A DNA stretch of 48,789 nt, the filler included, from Sphacelaria rigidula (lineage: Eukaryota), in the NCBI GenBank assembly GCA_964200075.2. It is 3 parts of 3 records of this genome, joined end to end, with 100 filler letters (N's around TTAATTAATTAA, not from the genome) between each part and the next. Parts side by side here need not be neighbours in the genome. Positions count along the whole stretch, not along the records: positions 16,301 to 32,495 come from CAXNAA020001448.1; positions 32,596 to 48,789 come from CAXNAA020001449.1; 1 more part is not named here. The stretch is one strand, 5' to 3'. Position numbers and translations under genes: made by a program. Under the pieces are notes generated by a model that saw only the letters and a program-made list of their open reading frames with translations, searched no databases and was not told where the DNA came from. This document shows positions 23,466 through 35,210 of this stretch, in pieces. Position 1 is the first letter of the stretch; each line of letters opens with the position of its first letter.

Positions 23466-23548
23466 GCCGTGCTCCGTCTCGGCTTTGCAGGGATGCGAGG
23501 TCAATGATCTCATGACTATGGCATGCAAGATCATGAGTACACCCCCCC
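23466..23548 (+). mobile_element. LINE subfamily-2 3' terminal fragment
   Basis: gtgctccgtctcg...gggatgcgaggtcaatgatc...catgagtacaccccccc aligns with the LINE end at 236-312. Confidence 0.7.
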
Positions 23549-26500
23549 GTTTACCGCCCTGGAGGGGAAGAATTTTTTAATTTCGGGTCACTTGGAACTG
23601 CCGCGAAACGTTTTCAAGGACTATGTTCGTCGGTATCTCTTTTGATTTATGTACTTCGTGCGTCTCTTTGCCTAACACAGCATTTCCTCAACTTTCGTCG
23701 CGTGACATTAGCTTCATCGGGGGTGTAACGATTGCCAAATATAGAGATCATCGCCAGTGTTGCGCAAAAGACACCAGCAACACAATGTTCTCCACGTCGG
23801 TGTTTCTCTTCAGTTTCTGCCCACGGGGCTCCTTGACAAGCCGCCCAAGCCTCTAAGCGTGTAGCGTCGGACGATGGACTGGCACGCTCGGGAACCTTCT
23901 TCTTTATGAGCAAAATAGATTGGGACACGGGGAGGGATATCCAGCTACGTACTGAAGAATAGCTCAAGTCTCATCGTAGGGACACGGTAACTCCTGGATA
24001 TCACCACGCGATGAAAAACGATGTCGCCACCAAACGTAAATGTCAACGTTCGTGGCCTCGGTCTTTATATTTCGCTCTAAGGGCACCCTTCAGTGGGTAT
24101 TGCTTTTTAGTGCTTTCTGTTTTGTTTGGATCCACGAAAGTGAAAGTAAAGAACGAACACCATCGGGCGCCGGTCCTGAACGTGCACCATGTCACCGATG
24201 CTGCCTCCCTTCAATCAAACGCTAAGTTTACCAAGTATAACCGCAGCGTGGGCGGTCTCAAGGATCGTTGGTTCGAGTCATATGCCACTAGTTTGCATTT
24301 GTTTACATTAGTCCGACACCCAGACGGTATCCACCTAACGCACCTGAGGTTAGTCGCCACTCGCACGGACCCATCGTTCTTGGTGAGAATGGCTTTCATA
24401 TTTTCCTGAATCGATTACTTTAGTATGCAGAGGTCAAGCGGCAAATCGCAAGTTGGTTTATTTCCGTTTACTTGGGTAAAGTCTGTGATGCCACAATCGA
24501 TGGCTTCTGCCGCGCAGAAACGAACATTTTGACGGTCAACAACATAACACAGTCGCCGCAACAGCCGCAGAATAACTGACTGGGCATCACATTTGGCTCT
24601 CAAGAGGTGTGGAAGACGTGTTTCCAACAGCACGATTTCCCTGTTTTCGAAAAAATCTTCGCGCACCTCATTTTATATATGCAACGAACGGCGTGCTAAA
24701 AAATGGCAAAAAAAAAGTAACGCAATATTCGACACTACCGTATTGCAACACCTCCTTCGGGTGGAGGTGTCCATGGTCCCTGAAGCGGGCCTTTAGGTAC
24801 TTGACGGCAATTCTCGAGTAATCTACGCCCTTGTTTCATCACAATATCCAATTAGGTGTGCCTCGTAAGTGTCTTGGGCATAACTCTTCTGCCGCGCAAA
24901 GTAGCAGCTAAATCGTTCGCTCCACCACATACTTCGAAGTATGCAGTGTTACTACAGGTATACTCATTTATATTGCCCGCTGTCCCATGCTTCATCTGCT
25001 GTGCTCTCGAAGGATGCCCTGGACCGCCTTGGTGAAGACGTACAACACCAATGCCCAGACTCCTGACTCCGCGGGGACTGGAACCGCCATGAACGCTGGA
25101 GTCAAAACTAAGACAGTGAGTATAGATTTCGTTTTGCAATTTTTCAGGCATTTGAGTATATTCCGATCAGAAAATAAGGCATGTTCATCGAAGGTTTTGA
25201 TGTCTACGCTGAAGTCCGCATAAGGCAAGGGTATACATTTCACGATAAAGTTATGTCCCCAGCCTAGCTTGTACTTCGTACATTGAGCGCACCGATCGTA
25301 TTTTAGTAGACGCCACTTCCTGTCGCCTGCCGTGTCACGATCAGCTTTCGACATTATAATATCACCGCGATATGGACAACCCCCGACGACAAGTGTGCAG
25401 ATATCCAACCTTTTGTGTCTCCGACGGTCGAGAACACGCGTTTTATTCTTGCAAAGGATGAAGTTCATATGGGTCTTTTGGTGGAAATCCCTAAACGATT
25501 GTTAACACTTGCGCCTTCGCCGTCTCTGCCGTTGGCGTCTGGGTCTGGTGTTATGCCTTGGTGCAGGGCGTAATAGGCTTGGACGATGGAGTAATCCTCG
25601 GCGACTGCTCCACCATTCCTGGCCACGAGCTCCCCACGATCGCCAAGCAGGTATCGCTGGTGACATGGGTGTAGTTTAGACATGCCGCTGCTTGGCCGCG
25701 AGTTGGGCCGTTCGTGTTCCACGCGGTTGAATCAGCTCCAAGTATATGGTCGCTCCCTTTTTTTTCGGTTTTCTCTTGTGTTTGCGTGTGACTTGATTAT
25801 GGCATGCAGGCGTACGAGATGGGCAAGAAGGTCGGCGTGGTCAGCACCACCTGCATCACCCACGCTACCCCTGCCGCCGTGTACTCGCGATCGGTGGACT
25901 GAGACTACGAGGCCGGTGTTCCCGAGGGTTGCACCACCCAGACGGACATCGCTTCACAGGTACGCTGTACTCCAGTGGGTCTTGCCGTACTATTGTGGCA
26001 TACAGAGCGCATATTCCTCTCCCTATCGTTTTCTCAGTAACTTCTTTCGGCGCCTGCCGCATTAGTATTTCGGTCCGATTCTACAAAGATGGCGTACGAA
26101 TGTAAACCTCGTAGTACGATCTCCGTACAGCAGAGTTGTAACCTGCTGCTTCCACGACCCTACTTTTCATACCACGTCCGATCTTCAGCCCTGGCCGGGA
26201 CGCGTCGTCGATTTTGTCGGGGGTGTTACTAGCGGTTGGCCTGGCGTTTCCGTACGTAAACGTTGCTTTGTACCTCGCTTGTACCGTTTCCGCTCTTTTC
26301 CTCGAGTTATCTCCACGAGCGTGTCTTCTCATTTTCATTGGCGTTTTTACATTGTACTGTAACCACGGCTGCTTTCTCAGCACATCGGCTCATGTGCATC
26401 CATCGATCGAACCAATCAAGTCTTGAGAAGACTTTTCCCCCCATCTTTTTGTCCGTCTGCGCTGAAATTTCCTGGGAGGCAGACCCAGACGTGCGAACAA

Positions 26501-28530
26501 ATCAACACTCGCAACTGACTGTCTTGCTCGGACTCTGGACTGAATCAGTTGTGTTTTTGTCGATTGCTGTTGTGTGTGCATTACCGTTGTGGGCGGGCAC
26601 TGTAGTCGGAAACAATGGATACCCGCACTTGATATGATCAGCAACGATCGACTGAGTCATGCGGATGCCTGGAAACTACCCAATTCCTCGTACAAACGGG
26701 GTAGTGCAATACAAGGTGATGAAACAAGTATATATATATATATATATATATGGGGAATGTCTCTCCTGCAGTTACCTGCAGAGCCGTTTGAAGCTGCTTG
26801 TCGGTCGGTATTTAAGATTTCCGTATCCGGTCCGAAGATCTGGGAGGGGTGTGGGTGGTGCCGCGATTTTGAGATAGGGTCCCACTTGGTTCGGCTATGC
26901 CATCATTGACTTTTCACTTCCAAGAAAATATCGCCGTGACCGGCAACGGCGCCTTCAGAGCATTATCTCGTAGGCGGTGGGCGCAAGGATAGAGCTATCT
27001 TCAAAAACAAAAGTTTCGTTTCATCACATATGAATCGTTTCGCTCTCAATACACTCTGAGACACTGGGGATTGTATTCGAGAATAATTTATCACCGCTTC
27101 AAGCGCTTTTTACTGTGTTGTACAACGCTGACTCTTCACTTTAAATACAACAGTTATTGGATGCCATGGTGGGCGACGACGCCTTCGTAGATACTGCCAT
27201 AGACGGTGGGAGACAGAACTTCTTCAACGAAACGGAAGTGGACATTATCGGTGAGGCCGGCTACCGGACTGACGGCCGTGACCTCATCGAGGAAGCGATG
27301 GACGCTGGCGTCAAGGTCACCCAAACCGCCGACGAGCTCACGGCTCTGGACCTCGAGAAGTGAGTTGACCGAGTTATCGTGCCTTTGTCTGAAATGTTGT
27401 CGGTAGTAGTCTATCGCGCGATAGGGGGAATCAAATACTCTGTGTCTCTCATATTTGTACAGAAGGCCACTTTTCTTCGGCGAGTGCTTCAAGGTTTTCA
27501 TCCTCGGGTACGTGCATCGTGTGATCCTGGTCGGATCCGTGGGGGATCAGATAACATGCGACAACCAATCAACAATCAATCGATCAATCAGTCAACACCC
27601 TTCGCTCCCCTACCCTGTGCTACCGAACTCCTTCGTGTTCGTTTTCCTGCCTTACTCACGTGCTTGTACTGTTGTCTGTTCAATGTGGTCACCATCAGGG
27701 ACGACAAGGTACTCGCCCTGTTCAACCCCAGCCACGTCCGTTACGAATACGACCGCGAAACTGAGTCCCCTGACGAGCTCTCCATCATGGAAATGACCAA
27801 GGTGGCCATGAACCTTCTCTCAAAGAACCCCAATGGTTACTACCTCATGGTCGAGGCCGGTCGCGTTGACCACGCCAACCACGCGGGAAACCTCTACCGC
27901 ACGTGAGTGATGAAAACGGAAGCAGCCAGCCGACTCTCGAATGATGTTTCCTTTGCGGAGTTTTCTGGTGTGCTGTTACGCATGTCTAAACGTCTGGGCC
28001 GCGAAGTAGCCAGATTGAGTCAAAATACGTTGATGCAAGCATTCACGGCTTGACACTACGGCGGAGGAATGCTCCTGCTATTCAAGAAATCAGAGCCTTT
28101 GTCAAAGGGTTAACACGTACTCTTTTACTACACGAAACGATACGGTGGTTGTACCTTTTGTTTTTCGTGGCAGATTCACGGACGGCGTGGCCTACCAAGA
28201 GGCGATCCAGTACGCCATGGACAACACCGACCCCGCTGAGACTCTGATCATCTCCACCGCTGATCACGGGCACGCCATCTCGTACCACGGCTACTGCGGT
28301 CGCGGGTCCAGTGTCACCGGCTTGTGCATGGAGATCGACCCTAGCGGGACGATACATGGCCCCAAGCCTAACATTGCTTCCGACGGTAACACTTACACCG
28401 TGATCTCGGTCGGAAACGGGCCCGGTTCCATCCTATACGTGAGTCCTCAGTTTCATGCGTCTGTGGTTTGAGTCGAAGAGGGGGAGATGCGTATTGGTTT
28501 TCCGGGAGAGGGTCAAGGACGACTTCCAAC

Positions 28531-28567
28531 TTGTTGTTGCTGCTGCTGCTGCTGCTACTGCTGCTGC
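28531..28567 (+). repeat. (TTG)/(CTG)n trinucleotide repeat in an intron
   Basis: Directly visible. Confidence 0.9.
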
Positions 28568-30424
28568 CGATCCCTCCTAACTCACTGCTCGACTCAACCC
28601 CATGTTTGAATATGCATCGAGATGCATGTACTCGTTTTCCATGTTGTGCACGTATACAGTGGCACATAGCTTGGCGCAGCTGAAGCTTGGTTGCTATAGA
28701 ATGTTACAACGCTCAAACCCTGCAGTAGGATCTCCTTTTCCATTTTACCTCTCTTCAATTTCGCTTCTGGATATCCTGATCAGCCGAAGAAAATTCTGGT
28801 CACGTCGCACGATCTGTCCGTTACGTCAACAAAACTGTTGACTCTTCCACTAGGCCGGATTTTCCCTCATTCCTATTCGCTGTTTTGTCATTGAATGGTG
28901 CTTTCCCGGCAGAAGGGAGGACCAAACTTTTCCAACGTGACTGACGAAGGAACCGGCGTGGTCATCCGCCCCAACGTTACCGAGGAAGAGTCAACCGACC
29001 CCGACTATATCCAGCAGGCGCTCGTGCCCATGGACTCTGAGACACACTCCGGCGCCGGTAAGCACGTCGTATCATGTGTCTAGAGAGCAATAGACCGACA
29101 AGGAGGACAGCATGTCCTGGTTAATAGTCAGACGAATGTCCGATCCGATCCGTGTGTATAGCGTGTTGGAGGACGCAGCATGAAACGCGATATCTCAGTG
29201 ACTCTGTGTACGTGTGCATGCAGCCGCGTACAAACTGGTAACCAAGCGTGTTTTACTGATCTGCTGAGCGTGAGCGCTGCCGTAAAGCGCTTCATCATTT
29301 CACCGGAATCCTCAGCCCTCCATTTCCTCCCCGCTCTCGTGTCCCATCAGATGTCGTCGTGTACGCTCAGGGCCCATGGTCTCACCTGTTCGTGGGCACC
29401 GTGGAACAGACCCACATTTACGACGTCATGCACTGTGAGTGTTCCCAGTCTCCACGAGTGCTACCCTAGGTTTCATGTTTGTGGGTTTACAAGAGATCGA
29501 ACGTGATGCGTGTGACAGTACGCACTAGACCGAGCGCTGGCTTCAGTGTCGCCGTATCTTGGCGTTGACCCTAGAATCCATGAAACATAGTCAACTGTGA
29601 GCTGACGAGCATATAGTCTGCCAAACCTCAACCGAAGTGTGCGATACAAACCATTTGATAGCTTCAGCTGAAGCCTTTCCCCCTGCCACCCTCGCGCTCC
29701 TTGTTGCGTGTATCTTCCTCGACATGCAGACGCCATGACCCACGGATAAGTGCGTTCTTCTTTGAACTATACGGCTTGTAACTTCAATCTCCATGCACTT
29801 GACTCGTGTACCCACCTCGAGTGGGTATAGAATGAAGAGGATTCTGCGCCGTCGCATGCTCACGGTCTACAAGCCACAAAGTAGGAGTTTTCATGGGCTT
29901 TTCCATCTCTTGAGTTGGGAGCTCGAAGTCGGCTGTGCGAATTTTCAGGCGCTTCCCTGAAAGATCAGGAGTTGTGTTTTATAGCGTTTAAGTGTTGGCG
30001 TTGTATTCAACAGCGTTATCACTCATTAGTATCTTGGCGATTTTATTCGGCTGCGAGGTGTAGTCAGACCTCTGAGACTAAACTTTATTCATTTGTTCAG
30101 AGTATGTTCCGGGTTCCTGGATTCGGAGAAAAGATGTTCCCTATGGCCGAGAGATGAGCACGGCTTAACCGCCAGTCAGAAAGATCGGGTTGATGAAATG
30201 GTGAAACAAACTGTACGACAACTGAGTGTTGGAGTCGGCTGGAGACCATGCCGCACTCTATAGGGGGAGTGCAAGAAGTATCAGTCCACCTGGCCAGTTG
30301 TTTACGTTCGTACTATCATTCCTGCAGCTAACACGGCTTCTTGTAGGTGCCTTCATTTTGTCTTAATTGTAGCTTTGCCCTTACGTGTAGAATATTTTCA
30401 TGGGGCCCGAACTACGGCGGCGGC

Positions 30425-30479
30425 GGGGGGGGTGTACTCATGATCTTGTATGCCGTAGTCACAAGGCCATAGACCTCGC
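30425..30479 (-). mobile_element. LINE subfamily-2 3' terminal fragment
   Basis: gggggggg-tgtactcatgatcttgtatgccgtagtcacaaggccatagacctcgc. Confidence 0.65.
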
Positions 30480-32495
30480 TAGAGGTGTGCCACCCATTCT
30501 TACTCACGCAAAAGATGCTGGGTTGGGACATGATTGCATGTTTTGTTGCTCTATTTGGCGGACTGTTTTTTTTATGGGCGAATTTTCTTCATCATCAGAA
30601 CAAAATTCTCGGGACAAACAGGCACGATGCCCTACAGTACCTTGTGTTGACGCTCTGAATGCCGCGCGCTTCGTTGGTGCGTGGCGTGTTTGTTTCGTGA
30701 TTTTTACAGCAGAGCAACCGAGAGCATGCTGAAAATGTATGGATCACGAAGAGCTGATACGTTCGCTGTGTCTTGATAACATTCACGTGTATATGAGTTA
30801 GCGTACGTTGTGATTTTCTCCACTCCAGTAACATCATCTGAAGTATCTATAGTAACCATTCACACACTTGACGTCTGCTTGAAAGCAGTTTCTTGAGTTT
30901 TTTCCGCTGCCATGACTCATCACCGTGAACGTTTAATGCCTGAAAATAATCGGGTCTAAGACGCCAGTACTTGAAACAATTGTTTCAAAGGAATATCATT
31001 TTTACAAGAACTTTTCGAATGGCTCACAGGCTAACAGGCCGTTGGAGATCCTACGAGTCACCGTCTCAGGTTCTGGCTCAGTGATTCATAATCTCGCTCG
31101 AACTGATTCCGGCCTTGTGGTAAATAATCATACTAAATGAGATTGCGCAGTTTTCAGCTATTTGTTGCGCTACAGTCGAAAATCGAGCTTTTGCGCCGGT
31201 ATACGGGAATTATACCCCCTCCCCGAAAGAAGGATTTTCGCCCAGAATTGCACCCACAATACAAAGTTGCGAAACGACTTCTTCCTTCAATATTTACCGA
31301 TTTTAGCGCTTTCAAGTGGGAATGAAAATGAGCGTGCCACGTAAGTTCGATTGACTTGATTATTTTCTTGAAGAATGAATCGTGCACATTCAATGTTTTG
31401 AACCTTTCCCCCAGGCATTGGGGATAGAGATGATCAATCCCCATCGTGCTGTTGCTTATCAGGGTGTGTCTCCGCACAGAAAAAAACAAATCCAACTCAC
31501 TTTCGACTTCGATTTTCGCATGTGGGCCCAGCACCGGCAGCGACATTGCTTCGGACATGTGACACGCGGGATGAGATGGGGGCCCATAGACCGTGGTTTA
31601 TCAAACCACTAGCTATTCTCCAAGATATGTTCGATAGCAGATATATATATATATATATATATTGCCCGCAACGAACGAGTTTGCGTCAAATCTAAAACGC
31701 CTCCTTGTCCAAATTGAAGCCCGAATCTGCACAACAAAGATTCCAAAATATGACGAGTTCTCGCAGTGGACATTGTGGTCCGATATCTCCGCCCTCGCAA
31801 CAAAGAGATTCGACAAGGCGACACAACACCTACTGTACACACCGAGCCCACCACTCACGCGTTCATTTTAGCGCCATCATAGCCCTTGCTTATCTACACA
31901 CGGCAGTCTATGTTTGGCGGAAATCCGCTCATTATCTGAGGAACCGCCGCGTGCGCGTCATGCACAACTGAAAATCTTCTGCCTCTGCCTTTCTTTGCGT
32001 GCGTGTTTCGGGCGTGCGTCTCGCAAAAATTATTGTTTCTCATTGAATTCTGAACAGAATCAACTGATACCATGCACAATATGATCAGCTGATGGTCAGC
32101 TACCACTCGAGCTGTATACTTTTAGTTCGCGGAGGCAATGACTTCCTAGGGTGTACAGCTGATTGCGGTAAGTAGTGAACAATAGAGCGCCCTTCTTTCT
32201 GGTGAAACCGTATCTCGCTTGTGATGACCTCCTCAGAGTCGAAAATTTTGAAAGAAACACCCCTGCCCTCCTGCATCAATTGTACATCAGAAAAGCTCAC
32301 CGATTACAGTATGCCAGCCCCCTTGTGGGTCACGCCAGCAACAGCTTGGTCACCATCGGTGGTATGTTTTTCCACTTCGTATGCTGAGAAAGCCTCCAAG
32401 AGGGTGTTCGATCTCTCATACACCCCCCCACCTGGTATGCACCAATGAGGCAGTGTAAAAGCCGTGGCTGTCTCTGGAAGTGGCGATACCAAAGA

Positions 32496-32595
32496 NNNNN
32501 NNNNNNNNNNNNNNNNNNNNNNNNNNNNNNNNNNNNNNNTTAATTAATTAANNNNNNNNNNNNNNNNNNNNNNNNNNNNNNNNNNNNNNNNNNNN
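32496..32595. other. Artificial assembly linker (N44 - TTAATTAATTAA - N44)
   Basis: Same structure as 16201-16300. Confidence 0.95.
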
Positions 32596-32668
32596 GTTTT
32601 TTTTGATGGTTGTGGCGACGTTCATAATGATGTGGTTGTTGGGGGTGGTTCTTCGTTGTCGGGGCGCT

Positions 32669-35210
32669 TACTCATTTGTTGCTTGCCTTAGTCGTCTGGC
32701 CATTGACCACACATCCCTTTTGAGACGGAACACCGTTCCTACTCCTAGTAGAGACACCTCCAAGATTTTGGTGCCCACTACGCTTCTTCCGTACATTGCA
32801 CAAAAACCTTTTACATATCGTATCCCCATCCTGTTTCGTCGTCTCTGGCCACAATTTATCTCCTAGTATAGCCATCGCTTCCTCCCTACTGTCTAATGCA
32901 TCAAACGAATTCATCCCACCTTCGTTCACGTCCCGCGTTTCCCCCTCTAGCACATCCCGTTCTTCCTTGTACAGTTCACAATGTGCCACTATATGAGTCC
33001 TGCTTTCTATTGCTTCGCCACAGGGGCAATTATCTACTTCGTCCTCTTCTCGACTACTGATACATCTCGTTCTTCTTTCTGGGAGGTGCGGGTTCCCCAC
33101 CCGAAATCGCAGTTTCAATTTTTCGCCGCGTCCATTTGGCCATGCTGATATATTTTCATCCCTATCTCCTCTCTCAAACCCCCGTATATCTCCAGGTGTT
33201 TTTCCTCGTCTGAGTTGTGTCTGAGCATCTCTTTTCCCCTCATCTCTATCATGTGTCTTACTTTTGTCTTGTACCCCGCACCTCCACCTATGGGCAGTAT
33301 TTCGTCTTGGTTTCCTCCTTCCACCTTCCATACTTTTTCAACTTCTCTATCCCATCTTATTCCAGTCGGCCTTCACGTCATTTTCTTCCATACAGCTCCA
33401 TCAACCATGGCTGGCAAACTCTTTCTCTGCATCTTCTTCATGCTATATTCCGACATACAAGTACCGCGCATTTGTTACGTTCGCTGTCACTCTCCATTTC
33501 CTACTGTTTTCTAGCGGCTTCTCCTTCCAGTGTTTTCTGATATCCCCGCAGAATCATCCGCAAACATTAATCCTGATATCGTATCTTCGTTCACCTTGAC
33601 TCCTTGATGTGCTGCTTCTATTGTTTTCGTCAGGTCATGAATAAATGCCTTCAATAAAGTGGGTGATAAGGTACATCCTTGTGCAGCTCCTTGTAACATG
33701 TCAAAATATTTCGATATTTCCCCGTCCAGTACCATAGCACTTTTGGCAGATTCTGTCATCTTCTCCACCATTCGCATTTTTCCTCTGATCCCAGTTTCCC
33801 ACGACTTTGTCCACGGCCCATTTCGCCATACTGTGTCATCAGCTTTTGTATGTCCAGAGAGAAACAGCACGTTGTCAAGCCGGCGTCTTTCCTACCTTGA
33901 ACAATCTTTCCCAATGTGAACAGATGGTCTTCGCAACTATGGTTCGGTCGCCTCTCGCTGATTTTTCCTTCTTTTTCCAGCATCGTTCCTGCTCTATCGT
34001 TCAGAACCTTCCAGAAGTTTTTACCTACGGCGCTCAGCAACGTTACCCTTATATAATTCCCTGGCTCAGCCTTGTCTCCATATTTTTTTCAAGGTTGACT
34101 ACTACTCCTTCTCTCCACCTCTTGGGTGTGTGCTCGTTTTCCCGGATCCAGCTACAGGTGGCGGTATCACGTAAGAAACTCTACTTTGGGGCGAGGCTCA
34201 TCTCTTCTTCTTATCGCCAAGCCAAGCACATTTCTTAGAGCCAACCTCTTACTTTCCGCACACGTGCAACGATGAATTTCTCAAGGGTCAGTTTCTTATT
34301 TTCCCCCGACTCTCATTCGTAGAAAATAACGGAATTCTTGAAACAAATGTATTTTCTTGTTTTCAAAGGTAGATGAGGTAATGTATTGAATTTTATACAA
34401 CCATTGTAATACGGCACAAGAGTACGTACTGATTGACTATTGTACCGTATTCGGCGGGGGGAGGGAGGGAGGGGTAGAGAGGGGGGGGGAATCCTTGCGT
34501 CGAGGAGCTGATGGGTCTGGGACCAGTTCTTATTTCCCACGGCTGCAGTGTCGATGACAGATTTCTTACTCGCCGAGCCTCTTGCATCTCTCAATTTGTT
34601 ATCCGTATTTCCGTCTTGATGTGAGCAACATTTCTTAAGGTCAATTTCTTGAAATAAAAAAATACCTCAGCCTCGATTTCTCAACTGGTTATTTTTCTTA
34701 TGATGGCATTTGTATACAGCATAACCATCATTGCAATCATTCCCTCTCCCCCGTACCTTAGAAATCTATCCACTATCTTGTCCACTCCTGCTGCTTTTTT
34801 TTAGTATGTTCAGCCACACACTCCTTTACTTCATCTCTGGTGAGCCCTCTCTGCAACTCTTTGGAGCCACTTTCCTCCCGTTTTAACGCCTTTACATTTA
34901 CGTCTGCCCACGCGTTGATTTCCTTTCCGAATCCCATGTCGACCTTCGTTTTAGTTTTTGGTGTTTTCGGTTTATGGCATTGCTATATACTGGCACTTCT
35001 TTCTTGCCCTTCAAATACCAACCATTTTACCGTTCTTTGCCCGTAGTGTGGCTATCCCCTCGTCTATCTTTCCTGCCTGGTTTCCCACTATCCCTTTTAT
35101 CCCTGTCCACATTTGTTTCACCCCGCCATCGCAATCTTCATTTGATTTATTTACTACATCTTCCCACACTTCCTTCTTTTTCTTTTCCATCATATGTTTT
35201 AGTTCATTTC
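32669..35210 (-). mobile_element. Degenerate, 5'-truncated non-LTR retrotransposon (LINE) ORF2: reverse transcriptase plus C-terminal Cys/His knuckle
   Basis: Frameshifted RT motifs: LSAVGK..KVLNDR, SCEDHLFTL, CFSLDIQK/ADDTVWR, QGAAQGCTLSPTL, GLMFADD. C-terminal CPCGEAIESRTHIVAHC in ORF 32672-33331. Sequence is interrupted after FADD and by an insertion at 34155-34712. Confidence 0.9.
34155..34712. mobile_element. Non-autonomous DNA element inserted into the LINE at a TA site
   Basis: LINE sequence ...ggatccagcTA resumes as TAtacagcataacc... after the insert (TA duplication). Degenerate terminal inverted repeats caggtggcggtatcacgtaagaaa / tttcttatgatggcatttg. Confidence 0.55.

Larger units (their letters stand above)
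18766..29749 (+). pseudogene. phoA: Secreted alkaline phosphatase (PhoA/ALP family), 11 exons: 18766-18831, 20745-20941, 25013-25115, 25567-25650, 25810-25959, 27154-27359, 27699-27902, 28174-28438, 28913-29057, 29351-29434, 29730-29749. In-frame TGA at 25900-25902 (codon 181); probable recent pseudogene or null allele.
   Basis: Spliced CDS is 1524 nt with consistent phases. Signal peptide MIRTSFVAIAALAFVSCIQA. ALP motifs: NIILFIADG, TPDSAGT (catalytic Ser), THATPA, VEAGRVDHANH, TADHGH, ETHSG.DV..YAQGP..HLF.G..EQ. One premature stop where the conserved Arg should be (YSRSVD*DYE). Confidence 0.88.

Noticed and set aside
25900..30200. Selenocysteine decoding of the phosphatase TGA
   Set aside because: The homologous residue is Arg, not Cys, and I see no convincing SECIS element downstream of 29749; other substitutions favour decay.
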